From NCBI GenBank assembly GCA_026770705.1, contig JANJGN010000041.1, positions 1,178,001-1,242,000 on the forward strand: a DNA stretch of 64,000 nt, read 5' to 3'. Position numbers and translations under genes: made by a program. The notes under the pieces were generated by a model. That model was not told the origin of the DNA. It was given only the letters and a program-made list of their open reading frames with translations, and made no database searches. Below are positions 1 to 11,879 of this stretch, one piece after another. How positions within the stretch are numbered: position 1 is the first letter of the stretch; each line of letters opens with the position of its first letter. The DNA is from Isurus oxyrinchus (taxonomy: Eukaryota).

Positions 1-1030
1 TTAAAGAATTCGAAGGGTGGGGGCGGGGGAGTGATTGGCTTTGGTAGATTGGGACATTTTGCTCAAATATATACATTTTGACAAGCAATGTCTCACGTTT
101 AAGCAAACAAACACACTATGCAACAGAAATACATTCATTTAATGCACAGGAGTCTGGGAAGGAAAGTCTTCAAATCGCGTTGGAAGGACGCTGCCGTGGA
201 CGAGGCCTTTTTTTTATATATATTAAATCTGAGATTTGGGAGCATTTTAGAATTCTGTTAAGGACGACCAAGAAAAAATAATAAGAAAGGGAAAATTTGA
301 GTAAACCACAGAGAAAAATAAAAAAAAAACATTTAAATGCTTCTGTATGTAAAATAAGGGAAAGGATTACCAAAAAAATAACACATGTGCAATTGCAAAC
401 AGAGTTAGGAGAGTTTATTCCATGTCATAAGGAAATAGCAGAGATTCACAAATACTGTCATGATGGAGAAAAAAAATACAACCATCCCAGAAATGATGGA
501 GAAGCAGAGGGCTAGATTAAAAGAGGGTATGCCAGACTTTAATTCAGGTGAGAACAAAGTATTAGGGTAATTAATGGTGCTTAAAGTGCAAAACCGCCCT
601 GGGCCTAATGGTCCATACCCAGGAGGGCTGAAAAAAGGCGTCGGTCGCAATAGTAGAGGCATTGTTGGCGACCATTCAGAATTCTCAGGAAGCTCTACCG
701 ATTGAAACATTACCCTAACATTTTAGAAAGGATTTAGGGAGGAAAGGGAACACAACAGGCCTTTCATATTTGCACCACTGCTAGGAAAAATGCTCGAACC
801 TAGAACAAAGAATGTGATAAAATGATACATAGATAATAATGGTAGGATTGGGAAAAGGCAACATGGATTGAGGAAAGGCAAATCATGCTTAACCAACCTG
901 GTGGTACTTTTCGAGGATGTAACAACCCAAATAGATAAAGGGGAACCGGTATCTTTAGATATTTTTTTGTAAGCTTTACAGAAAGACACACACAAAACGG
1001 TTAGTAAGCAAAATTAGATCACATGGGTTG
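1..1030 (+). mobile_element. Decayed CR1 LINE ORF2 (reverse transcriptase N-terminal part)
   Basis: ~570-1030 translates through frameshifts to PGPNGPYP...QHGLRKGKSCLTNL...FEDVTTQIDKGEPV...RLVSKIRSHG, the typical CR1 RT motif series. Confidence 0.85.
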
Positions 1031-1389
1031 GCGGCTGTCACCAAGCTGTTCAACCTCCCTTTCCCCGGGACCCTACATTTGTCTCCTTTCAGATGATCAT
1101 CAAATTCTCCTCTGAAAACCCTGAAGGAATTTGCCCACCCTCACTATCAGAAAATTTCTCCAAAATTATAACATACTCTGTGTAAAATTCATTATAATCC
1201 CCCACATCACCATTCTTTCCATTGCCAATTTGCTTGAATTGCAGTTAGCTTATCTTCGATCCTCCCCTCCAGTTCATTCCCTATCCTTCTTCGTGCTGCC
1301 TCTGGTTGCATCTCTAAAATTCCACACAACTCTGCACAGATGGCTAAACATTTCATAGTTGAACCGATTGTGGTTTGTTAAGTATTCAA

Positions 1390-1600
1390 ATCGGTTATTG
1401 TTAACCTTTCTGATAGATGTTGTGCCTCAGTTGGGTATGTAACTGAAAAGTGCCAATTAAAAATCTTGATGTGAAAGAGCCCTTAGGAAAGAGTGATCTT
1501 CATATGTAAGAATATTACATTAATTTTCAAAGGGTTGTGTTCTAATCAGAGGCAAGAGTATTAAATCTAAACAAAGGAATGCTGAGATATTCAGGGACGT
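1390..1600 (+). mobile_element. CR1 LINE fragment (APE endonuclease C-terminus)
   Basis: NLDVKEPLGKSDLHM*EYYI matches the CR1 EPLGxSDHNMIEF motif. Confidence 0.65.
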
Positions 1601-2194
1601 GGGTGTTGTTCCTCTCTCGGAACTAAAAGTTCCGGTTTTGATTCGTGCGAAAGGAGATGTGAGTATTTGAGGACAATACGTGACGAGGTTCGTACAGTTT
1701 GATATCAAAACAGCTGAACATTCCAAGTATTGCATGGCACCTTACAATGCATAGTTGATTGGTGGGATGGGAAGCGTTTTCGAGAAGGTATGAAAAAAAC
1801 AGGCATTGCTACGTGAAACTCTTCAGCAAGGTGTGAGCAATGTGCTGCCAGGCTGAGGGGATATTATCCGCAATATTCTCAGTGTGCTTAAGATAGGTGT
1901 TTAAACCATTACGTGCTATCCCGTGGAATGAAAGCTAAATATTGGTATCTCTGATCATTTTTGGAGAGCTCAGCAGACAAGAATGACCTTGTCAATGCAC
2001 GTTGGAGGTAATTAGTGACTGGCAACACCGGCTGCACTATTTAAAACGGGGACAGTTGTATAGCACTACTCCTTCCTTTTTTTTTTAATTGGACACAGTA
2101 ATATATGGTTGGATTTCAGAGGATTGAGCTAACCTGAACCGTTTTGTGTGGGAGCCCAGACCGCAGTGTATCTCACCTACATGAACTAATTTGT

Positions 2195-2532
2195 TATTAT
2201 TATTTTATCCATGGTGTGAGCGCGCTATTGGCGAGGCTTTATTACCTTGGTCAGCTCCAGAGACATTTCTGTCAACCACATATTGCTGTGGGTGTATATT
2301 CACAGTAGAACAGGACAGGTAAGGACAGCACTTGTGAAACCAGAAGGAAGGGTTGTTCCAACAATTGACAATGTTGTCATGGTCAGCCTTAGAGTTTTAT
2401 TTCCAGCTATTCTGTTTTTCACTGAATTTATCCGTCTGCTGGGGCAAGATTAGAACTCAGGACACCAATACATTATTCAGAGTCGCTAGGTCAATAGCGC
2501 AGTGACAATACCACTACACCAGACCCTCGCCC
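2195..2532 (-). mobile_element. tRNA-headed SINE (shares its 3' tail with the CR1-group LINE in this window)
   Basis: Reverse complement of the SINE at 16480 and 48055 (tRNA-like head, shared body gtcaaccacattgctgtggg). Confidence 0.65.
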
Positions 2533-2539
2533 TAATATA

Positions 2540-3790
2540 CCTGCCACTGTTGCATGTGCTACAGATCAACTCTTCGATGTTTCGGCATACCTGATGCTGT
2601 TCCTGACATTGTCTCTGCATTCTACTTTGTGCCATGTTTGCACTCTTGATTTGTTGGTTATGGTGGATTGTGGAATATGCTGGGCCATCATTGGTGATTG
2701 AGGTTGCTGCACAAATCTGCTGCTGCTGATGGCCCACAGTACCTCACATACGCCCTGTTTAGCGCTGCTAGTTTTGTTCTCAATGTAATACGTCTAAGAC
2801 AGTGGAACTGACGCTCAACACGATGGAATGATTCCTCAGTGTGAAGACAACACATCCACTCCAAAGCTTTGTGCAGTGATCACTCCAACTAAGACAGCCA
2901 TTGGCACATGCAACAACGAAAGTTGTTGAGGACAATATCAACATGTTTTTTTATTTGCATACTGCTTGTTCTTTCATCAGCTGGCACAGAGCAACCCTGA
3001 CAGATATGTCCTATTATTATTCCTTCGGATGGAGGTGTATGTGGTTAGGCCACATTTTTACTGCCCACCGTAAGTTGCCCTCGAGAAGGTGAGCAAGAGC
3101 CCTGTTCTTGAATCTTCGCCGTCCAGCTTCTTCATGGCTCAACCAAATTGTGAGCCGTACCACTGCTGAATCATTCCTGCTAATGAACATCTGGGACAAA
3201 CCATCAGAGTGCAATCTGCCGTCCCAGTACTCCTTAAACTTGGTGTTCAGCACACAGGACAAACTATCCACCAGCTGAGGGGAGATCATATTTGGGAAGC
3301 AGCAGGAGTCTTTCTTTCCTGTGTCTGAATGAATCTTCCTCCGCCCCAAGGCTCTGAGGAAGAGTTACACGGAACCCAAATGTCTGTGGGTTTATTTCAT
3401 CTCCTCAGATGCTGTTAGATCTGCTTGGCTTTTCAAAATGTTTCTGTTTTTTTTTCAGATTAGCAGCATCCGCAGTATTTTATTTTTCTCCTCGTTTTAT
3501 GTCTTTGCCCTGAAACTCTGTGAGGCAACATAGAGTCTGCAGTACATGGTGGGAGCTCTGAATTATTGCCCCACTGCACTGTCTGCCACTTTGCCGTTAC
3601 CCCGGATGCCTCTGTCCTGCTCGTGGTGCAGGGCATATCTTGCATTGTGCCAGAAGAGTCTGGGACATTGGCTGCAAATTGTGTGTGTCTGCGACCGGAT
3701 CTGTCGTGGTATTATCCCATGTCAAAGTGGTCCTGCCATTTGCCGACCTCCCCCTTCATCCCCTGTCAGTGCGTGGTGATGTAAATGTGA
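2540..3790 (-). mobile_element. Decayed CR1-group LINE 5' portion (APE), directly downstream of defensin gene A1; short Penelope-tail insert at ~3390-3495
   Basis: GPSAAA/CQEQHQ-type motifs shared with the copies at 10200-10580 and 20340-21440. Confidence 0.65.
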
Positions 3791-3831
3791 AATGAGCAAC
3801 GGACAAGAGGAGGTGATCAATGGCAGCAGGT

Positions 3832-3837
3832 TTTATT
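3832..3837 (-). terminator. Polyadenylation signal AATAAA of defensin gene A1
   Basis: TTTATT on the plus strand ~140 nt past the stop; the homologous position is AATAAA at 47806 and CATAAA in the 9.6-kb and 16.2-kb paralogues. Confidence 0.75.
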
Positions 3838-3974
3838 CACATGAAGGAGAAAACAGTGGGCCACGTTTTGCTGCATCTAGGGCAGGTGGCAGAGCGTGAC
3901 TTACACAAATGACAGTCAGCTTCAGTGGGAGCCTCAGACGGGACTCAGAATGTTACATGTCTACTTTTAGTGAC

Positions 3975-4093
3975 TCAATCCTTCATGCAGCACTTGAAGA
4001 AAGGAAGACATTTCTCTTTGATGCGGGTCTCACCTCTCTTACAGCGGCGGAATCTGCATTTCCCTCCAACGCTGGGACATCCCAGTAAAGCAC
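3975..4093 (-). CDS. Beta-defensin-like gene A1, exon 2 (mature peptide (G)ALLGCPSVGGKCRFRRCKRGETRIKEKCLPFFKCCMKD*)
   Basis: Acceptor ctcctgtctcttcaccag|GT, phase 1; six cysteines in C-x6-C-x4-C-x10-C-x5-CC spacing; 11 K/R vs 3 D/E; no internal stop. Confidence 0.9.
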
Positions 4094-4289
4094 CTGGTGA
4101 AGAGACAGGAGGTTATTGACGCCACAAGCCAGGTAAGTCGATTGTGGCCAAAACAGGGAAAATGTTCACTGTTCCCCAAGTGTGGTTTATCAGAAGCACT
4201 TTATCTGTGCATTGTATTCAAGAGAGCGCCTCACAAATGAAAATGGTGGTTTGGGCTTCGCACAGCCAGAATGAAAGCAACTTCTGTCG

Positions 4290-4530
4290 CACCTTCAATT
4301 TAATATAAAAACAATTAGTGAACTTAACAGGAACATGGTGAAAAACAACTTATACCAAGCCTCATGAAATGAGGAAAGGAATTCAGGGACATCTAAAGAC
4401 ACAGCCTCCAATGTTGGATGCACATTCTGACAGGATATGTGTGGGCGCAGGTATCCCCTCAGGGTTGTAAGACTGCAAGACAAGACAGAGATGGAGATGG
4501 AGACAACAATTGGAAAAGGGAGATAAGGGA
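4290..4530 (-). mobile_element. Decayed L2 LINE 3' end inside the A1 intron
   Basis: ctctgtcttgtcttgcagtcttacaaccctgaggggatacctgcg resembles the L2 YLCNLLQPYNPPRxLR segment; homologous to 14930-15290 and 46670-47020. Confidence 0.6.
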
Positions 4531-4867
4531 AGGATTTGTCCACATGGTATTGAGTTCATGGAATGCATCATCAAGGGGCCGAATGCAAATGAGAAATACG
4601 AGGGGAAAAGGAGATCAGTTTCTATGATAAGGCTCGCTGCTGGTTATCTAAGTAAAAAAAAAAACATTTCTTGCGAATGGTGTGAAAGTGCACAAGGCTA
4701 AAAATAGTAGATTTACATTTGGGTATCATTTTTAACGGTTCTAGGCTCCTCGAGTAAAGTAAATATTTGCCCTGTACCAAGTCAGTGATAGTGCAGGCTT
4801 GAGTGGTTGAATGGACACGTGTTCCAATCAATATTGCTCAAGAGTCACTATTGAGAGACACGCTCAC

Positions 4868-4955
4868 CTCCCAATTGTACAATCTCTTGGAGCGAGATAG
4901 AGAGAGTCTCTCCCAGCAACAGGAATCCAAGTACCACGAACAGAGCTTTCGACAT
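4868..4955 (-). CDS. Beta-defensin-like gene A1, exon 1 (signal peptide plus short propiece, MSKALFVVLGFLLLGETLSISLQEIVQLG)
   Basis: ATG at 4955; basic N-terminus, hydrophobic core and T-L-S cleavage-type site; phase-1 donor GGAG|gtgagc is compatible with exon 2; intron 4094-4867. Confidence 0.88.
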
Positions 4956-5007
4956 CTTCTCCTGAGCTCCTGAGAGTCACAAGAAGATATTCGGTGCAAC
5001 GATGTTC

Positions 5008-5067
5008 TTTATAGGAATTGAGCGACTGTTCACCAGTTAATAATAACATGCACTCAGTGGCGATTGG
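5008..5067 (-). promoter_or_regulatory. A1 promoter: TATAAA (5008-5013), HNF1-like GTTAATAATAAC (5036-5047), CCAAT (5063-5067)
   Basis: TATA ~53 nt upstream of the ATG; the same layout recurs upstream of the three other exon-1 copies. Confidence 0.7.
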
Positions 5068-5379
5068 CTGCACGTTAACAGTGCTGATGATGCAATAACT
5101 ATTCCAAGCCGGATTTGTGATAATTAAGAAGGAGACAGATCTGTGTAATGATTGACCTGGAGAAGATTTAGTAAACAACGTCACTGTGTTAGAAGTAAGA
5201 ATCATTTTGCACAAAATATGGCCATTTTGGCCATTTAGCCTCTCTTGGCCTTTGCCAGAGCTACCGAATTCTGCCGACTCTATATCTCCTCATTCTCCAT
5301 AGCTCTGTCATTTTTAAAATTTCAAATTCAATCATTTCAATAATTGCATAATCTTCCATTATCCTTCCAGGAAGCACTG

Positions 5380-7540
5380 CTGGTGGATTTATTTTTCATG
5401 CCAAAGGGAATTCAATAATGGCATTGATGTGTACCATCCAGCATCAGAAACGCTGATGCCCTTTCACATAAGTTAACTTCTCGATGCCCTCGCAGCAAGT
5501 CAATATTTGTGGTTGGTGTTGACTGATCGACTTTCTTGATAAGCTCGTCTGATCATCGCCTGTGATATGAATCTGCCGTTGTTATCGCGTTCATTTTTCG
5601 GTAATTAATGCAGAGTGTTTGTAACCCATCTGTTTCCGCATCATTACAATGGCTGAACTCCAATTAGTGTGTCTAGGCGCTATCCTGCCGTGTTGAAGCA
5701 GAAATTGAATTTCCTCCTGTTCTATTGTTAATTTTACTGGATTTCATCTCTAATCGTATTGCCTTTTTGAAGTTCAGTTCCCCTGCTCAGTATCATTTAC
5801 AGCCGAAAATGCATTCCCCAATTACTTTGTATGACTGCAATAGTTTTTATTCAATCACTTTGACGCTTTTCTGAAAGGTAACAAGGACAAATTTATGTTC
5901 CTGAGTACTTCCTTATTATGCATTTAAATCAGAGGTAGGTCAGTTTCAGAATCCTTAGCCTTTACCTCTGTTCCCTTACTTACAACTACGTGTACCTCTT
6001 CCTGTTTATCCTCTCTGTTAAAAATATATTTAAACCAATTTCAATGATGCACCGGCCGGCTCTTCCTTCTACGTGGGGTACTCTACTACAGAGATTACCA
6101 CACCCAGCCAATTTTCAACCTGGTGAGGCCCGGTAAACATTGCCTTCAAATGTTCACTTGACACTGGGAACAAAACTAACAGTTTGCCCAGAGCTAAAAA
6201 ACTACGAGCATTTATCCTTTCACCTGTATTTGCCTTCGACTCTTGCTGAGGTATAACTAACATTTTCCTGCTTATCTCTGATGCCTTCCTCAATCTTTCT
6301 CTGAAAATCGCCACATGGTTCAAAAAGGTATTCTCTGAACTTTGCCCCACGAAGCTCGCCTGAATCAGTTTGAACTTTCCCCTCATTGCATGACCATAAA
6401 TTAACTCAAAAGGACTGAATCCTTTTGACACATTAAGGATGTCCGTAAAGGAAATCATAAATAATAGAATCCCTCGAAAATAACCATGTAGATAGCCTTG
6501 AACACATACGCTAATTATAGCCTTTATGCAGTGTTATCACCTTTTGGAGGCACACTGTAATTCAGGGGGATCCGCTGATTCATAAATTGTTATATTCCTA
6601 GGCTGTCCATAACTTATCTACACCGCTGTGATATGAAATTCCAACCCTGATCCGATTATATTTCTTTTGTTAATCCATATCTTGTAACGAAAGATGATTT
6701 ACTCCATTACAATCAACTTTGCTGCTTTTTTTCCTTAAAGGCAAGCTTCTGGCAATGTCGTGGACACATATATGACTGTCAGTAAGTACTGATTCCCACA
6801 TTTAGTCTGAAGGAGGTGTCCTACACAATCAATGAGGACACTGTTAAATGATTCCTCAAACGCTGGCAATGGAATTAAATGTGGAGGTTTAACAAATGCT
6901 ATAGCTTTTCCTTTAAACTGACATATGCGAAATGTTTGACAGAATTTGTGTACATCTTCATGTAGTCAAGTCGAATAGATTATTTCCTCCGTTGTCATTA
7001 GCTTGGGTTTTCCTAATTCACACATTTACAGCGATTGGAATTTCATGAGGTGCTCTCAAAATTTAATTCCAGTACACAGATGGTATCACTACTTCGTGCA
7101 ATATTGTCCACTCTCCATCTATATGAACAAGACGCTGCCTCCATTTCTTCATTGACACACTCTGTAATGCATTCTGCTTTTACTTCAGAGTAACCGGTGA
7201 GGTTTACCTGCTTTACGAGTGGGCATTGCATCTTTAGCTCCACTAATGAACTGAATACGTCAGTCTCATCCTCTTCAACACTCTCATCCTGAGCAATATT
7301 TTCAAGGATTTATCCAACCAAATGAATTTCAGCATTGTCTGCCTGTCTGTTAGAATATTTCACTTCCTGTGTAAATGTGTTCACCTGTCGTTCAGTCACC
7401 ACACAGTCTGGAAACACTAGGATTCTCTTTCTGTACAATCTCTGCTGATTCTGTCTCAACAGGCTGTTCTACTACAATAGGCTCTTGCGACACTGCAGTT
7501 GATAAAGGCTTATTTGTCTAAAATCAAAATGAAAAATTGA
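5380..7540 (-). mobile_element. Decayed Gypsy (Gmr1-type) pol: integrase upstream of RT
   Basis: GFSPFELIYGH integrase C-terminus (ORF 6069-6458); RT start (SNWSSAIVM...CINYRKMNAIT) lies at lower coordinates, i.e. downstream on the minus strand. Confidence 0.85.
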
Positions 7541-7545
7541 ACAAC

Positions 7546-8305
7546 TGTAATAGCCTATACTGGTATGCTTGAGATGCAACTCTGAATTCAGAAATAAAAC
7601 CATCAATCTTCACGAGGTTTTTAATGTAAAACTAAAGTAAACATTTATTAAATTAACAAAAAATTGTAACGTATGCACATGTATACAAATTATTAACGTA
7701 ATATATTTATCAACTTAATTGCTCCCAGTTAAATCTTCACCAAGGCACAAATAACTAATAGACTTTGTACAGACACCAGGCAAAGCACATTTGAACTTAT
7801 AAATTCAAATTGCCATTCATTTCAATTTGTTTCTTCCGCAGAAACAGCTCCACGCTGACAGGATGGTTTGATCTTAGCTGTCAATGACTCGTATGAAAAA
7901 CTAATTTCTGCTTAAATCTAGCTTTCACTTTGAATGCAAATTTTCATTTGCTTTACTAGTTTTGTTTTTAATTTTACCTCTGCTAATAATAATCCTTTCA
8001 TACCACCAATTTTATTAGCAATATAAACACACATTGCTTGGTGTCGCCTAGCTAGGAGCAATACTTTACCCAATCTTTTGAATGGTGTGTTCAACAAATA
8101 TGCATTCCATTTTACCTTTTACTGCTTCTCTTTATCTAACGAAAATCGAAAACTACGATATATCAATCAAACAGCCTGGCTGGGTTTCATCCAGTTAAGA
8201 TACAGAGACATAAATGAAGACATAGACACTACTACAATCCCAATATTTAAACAATTCCCTTAGCTTTATGGACAGTAATCAATTCATTTCAAGGCATTGT
8301 CAATA
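7546..8305 (-). mobile_element. LTR-like segment inserted between the protease and integrase regions of the Gypsy element
   Basis: TG-start, AT-rich and non-coding, interrupts pol; protease C-terminus resumes at 8306-8440; paralogue at ~39865-40630. Confidence 0.6.
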
Positions 8306-8809
8306 CCTGTCACGCGGCCATATATTTCCCGAGACTAAAATGTACAATTCAGGGCCAATTTCTGCACGATCCCAACAATCGCATCTCCTGATTGCAATTT
8401 ATTATTGTAAAGTCACTTGATACAATGAAATAGATTTCAAATTGGTGTCTTAACTTCATCTTCCCATCTTTGTACCACAAACCTTAAAACTTTTCCTAAA
8501 CAGAAAGCTGTCCTTATACATTTTGCACCCTTTCCTAAATCGTCTTTAAACGAAAATTAATCATAATTGTCGATAATAACCCAAGCAACTATCCTAGTTG
8601 CCTTGTTCCACCAATCTACGTGCGACCCTCGGTGAGATGCTGCATTACCTATAAACTTCGGTCAGGTTTTTATGGCTCTGCCGCTGTGTGTCTCCCGCTG
8701 GCAGATGTGGGGAGACATCTTAATCACGACTCACTCCGCTAGGACAGTAATGCCCGTGTTTCAGAAATCTCCATTGCCCCTCCCCCTTTATGCAGAAGGT
8801 GCAGTATTT

Positions 8810-9300
8810 CCCTTGTGCACAGTCCCATCTCCATAACTATCGGTTTGAACACACCTGGAGCACTGTGCATAGTTCGAACCTCCATGTCCCTTGGTTCGAC
8901 TACAACTGGAGCCATGTGCACAGCTCTGGCCTCCACACCCCTCTGTTAGACCGCACGTGTAGCACTGTGAACAGTTCCATCCGCCATATCTATCGGTTAT
9001 ACCATGTCAGGGGCACTGTGAACAGCTCTGGCCTCCATATACCTCGGATCCACCAAACGTAGAGAACTGTGCACAGTGCCAGCCTCCATATCACTCGGCT
9101 AGACGACACTTGGAGCACTGTGCACCTTTCCAGCCTCCATATCCCTCGGTTAGACCACAATTGGAGCACTGTGCACAGTTCAGGCCTCCATATTACTGGG
9201 TTAGACCACATTGGAGCAGCACGCACAGTGCTGGTCTCCATATCCATCGGTTAGACCACAGCTGGAGAACAGTGCACAATTCTGGTCTCCGGAGAATTTG
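8810..9300 (+). repeat. 51-bp minisatellite (about 10 units) derived from CR1 RT
   Basis: Unit ctccatatccctcggttagaccacaattggagcactgtgcacagttcaggc; ctcca recurs at 9135, 9186 and 9236; translates as VRPQLEHCAQF. Confidence 0.9.
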
Positions 9301-9371
9301 GTTACATGGCAACTGGGTGCGGCAGAGCCTTGAAAGTTGGTAGCACTGAATTATTCCTTTCTGTTTCCAAG

Positions 9372-9490
9372 GACAACGGAGAGAGTGTGATAATGTGTGA
9401 GGCACCTGCAGATTTGTCCAATGTTACAGATATGAGAGGTGGTTCTTGGCATACTTCATATTTTGGCTTACTTGCTGCATAAGAAAATAG
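9372..9490 (+). pseudogene. Beta-defensin-like pseudogene A3, exon 2: QRRECDNV*GTCRFVQCYRYERWFLAYFIFWLTCCIRK*
   Basis: Acceptor ttcctttctgtttccaag|; C-x6-C-x4-C-x9-[Y]-x6-CC; internal TGA at 9398-9400; Cys4 position is TAC; no exon 1 found upstream (Gypsy junction at ~8440). Confidence 0.85.
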
Positions 9491-9689
9491 TTGCCTAAAC
9501 ATAACACGTCCCTATATGTGATATGTCCATGGCTCTGACTGGAGTTAACTGTAATTCCATAAATCATGCTCTGATACATTCTGAGGATCCAATGACCACG
9601 GCCCACTGATTTCTGCATCATGTCCATAAAACTGGCTGCATCGATCACTGCCTCTTGTCCATGTCTCAATTTGCACTCGGATCGGAGCG

Positions 9690-10580
9690 TCACCATATTG
9701 GCGTGGAGGTCAGGTAATGGCAGGGCCACATTGACACCCGGCTTCTCCAACATAATCACACTGGAATAATCATAACTTAAAAGGCAAAGTCCCAGGACCA
9801 TTGCCCACATCCCTGGGTAAGTTATGACCCACTGAATGAAAAGTTCCTCCCAACGTGTTGACAAAGAGAAATGCATAACTGTAGGCTTGTGAGAGGTGTG
9901 CTCAATGCAGACTGCAGTCTCTCTGTTGTCTGAAGACATGTGGGCAAACAGTAGAAATGGAAGATCTTGCTGAGTCCCACATACAATTTTCCCGAATCTG
10001 CGCAATATATACTCCTCCATCTTATACACAACATGGAAAAAGCACTGAGAAAATTAAATGCACATAATGTTCTTTGCTGTGGCACCTGCATTTCCACCAA
10101 GAGTGGCTCAGGGGCACTGTTACAGACCTAGGTGTCCGAGCCCTGAATGGCAGAATAGGCCTGAGTCAGGTTAACCAACAAGAGGGATGTTTCTTCACGA
10201 CATCATCCTCATAAATCTACTTGCTCACAGGTGCATCTGTCCCTGACAGTGTTGATAGGAATGACCACCACACAGGCCTTGTGATGAGGAACTCCTGTCT
10301 TCGCACTGAGGACACACTCCATTGTATTCTCTGGGAATCATTGGATTCAATGTGTTGGCTCAGACCAGATCACCCAGCTGAGATCTCAACATGCACAAGG
10401 CGTCAAGGGTCATTAGCAGCAGCGAAATTAAATTCAAATACAACCGGCAAGGTCATCGCCTGACATATTCCTGACACCACAATAAGGTTCAAAGCCAGGG
10501 ATCAAGCCTGTTTCACTGAAGCATGCAGGAGAGTGTCAAGTGCAAGGCCAGGCATATGGAAAAGAAAACGATGTTCTAAC
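9690..10580 (+). mobile_element. Decayed CR1-group LINE APE domain
   Basis: ASVPDSVDRNDHHTGLV...LRTEDTLHCILW (ORF 10221-10463) matches the APE SDH motif region. Confidence 0.75.
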
Positions 10581-10899
10581 ATTGTTAGGAATCAGCTCAT
10601 TGATACATTGGTGTAATTATTGTTACATACAATAGCAATTCTACTGTACATAGTGTTATTGATGAAATTTCTTGATATGTAGGTATTGTTGGAACGTTGT
10701 TAAGATGCCTTTGACTTTGCTTCTCTTTAACAGTCAATTGCTTTTATGTAGCTTTAAGGAGAGTAAAAACATAAGGTTTGAACTGAGGGATTACAATTCG
10801 CCACATTTGGGCTCCAATGGCTCCAACATCAGAATTAATCAGGAGCCCGAAAGTGCTTGCTGACTGACTAGAAGAATAGCCTGAGGAATCGATTTGTAA

Positions 10900-11250
10900 T
10901 GTGATGGGGAATTCGTTGCAGGACAGTCTGGAGCACTCTGCACTTGGAGCAGAATAAAAATATAGAGTACAAGCTAAGGTTATATTGTTGTATGGAAGCC
11001 AGAATCACTGTGCCCGTGGTCAAGAATATTAAATACTCGGTAAGATTCGAGCGAAGTTGGATATGTAGAAGATATTGCCGCTGCTTTGTTATTCTCAGAA
11101 AGGGACACATTGACATACAAAGGGTAACAAGTGTTGGATCTCTCTTCCACAAATGGCAATTAGTGTAAGGAAGATTTTAACTTTAAAGATGAGATGGAGA
11201 GATTTTTGAACGTCAAATGCTTGAGGGGAATGGGGCAAAGGCAGTTTTAT
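10900..11250 (+). mobile_element. CR1 LINE 3' fragment
   Basis: Degenerate ORF2 C-terminus (RVTSVGSL...FKDEMERFL). Confidence 0.55.
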
Positions 11251-11879
11251 GGACACAGGACATGGACTGGTGTGCACCAGTCAGTGTGTGGGTGCATCCA
11301 TGAGTTGTAGGCTGTGGCAGATGGTAAGACATGAAGAATAATTCAGGAGCTGACTATCGACAAACGTAGCCCAGCCGGATGATGTGCAGTGCACCCAGCT
11401 TTGAGCAGGTAGAGTGTGAGACACCGCTTCAGGCACAGGGTCACAATCCAATACCCCAGCAGGAATCAACTGAACAAGATCAGTGCCAGGCTGCTCGAAT
11501 ATGTTGGACAACTTCGTGGATTCACCAGGACGATGAGAGTTCTTGTTGAGACTGTCATCGTGCTAGAGATGCACCTGGTTCTGATGGGGAATGGGAGGAG
11601 AGTGTTAGACCAGGGAGGACAGTGTCAGCTGTTCGAGGAGGAGAGGGGCAAGAAGGTGAGCTTGAGTCAGTCAGATGCACCTCTGAGGTGCATTACTCCA
11701 CCTCTGCAGCGCATCCTTCGGAATCTCCAGTGACTATTCCGAAAGTCTGGGCCCCTGACCATGACTGCCACTTAACTTTCTGCCGATTTGTGCCAACGTG
11801 TCCATTGCCCCCATTCAAGGGAAGTGGGTTCTAGGAGGGCACAAATGCTGCCACGTGAAAATTGTGTCTGATCAGCACT

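Noticed and set aside
4383-4472. Apparent exon SYNPEGIPAPTHILSECASNIGGCVFRCP* with C-x6-C-x3-C spacing after a cag acceptor
   Set aside because: It aligns to a decayed L2 3' end also present in the A2 and B2 introns, lacks the last three cysteines, and is phase-incompatible with exon 1
4573-4647. Possible middle exon (ttag|ATAACCAG...CCCCTTG), with a homologue at ~46566-46642 that has a gtgag donor
   Set aside because: Lengths of about 76 and 77 nt are not multiples of three, both contain stops, and A1 has no GT donor there; exons 1 and 2 splice in frame without it. An ancestral exon cannot be fully excluded
8810-9300. Regular repeat arrays superficially like CRISPR or a repeat-protein CDS
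   Set aside because: Head-to-tail units with no unique spacers, eukaryotic context, CR1 origin, and frames interrupted by stops
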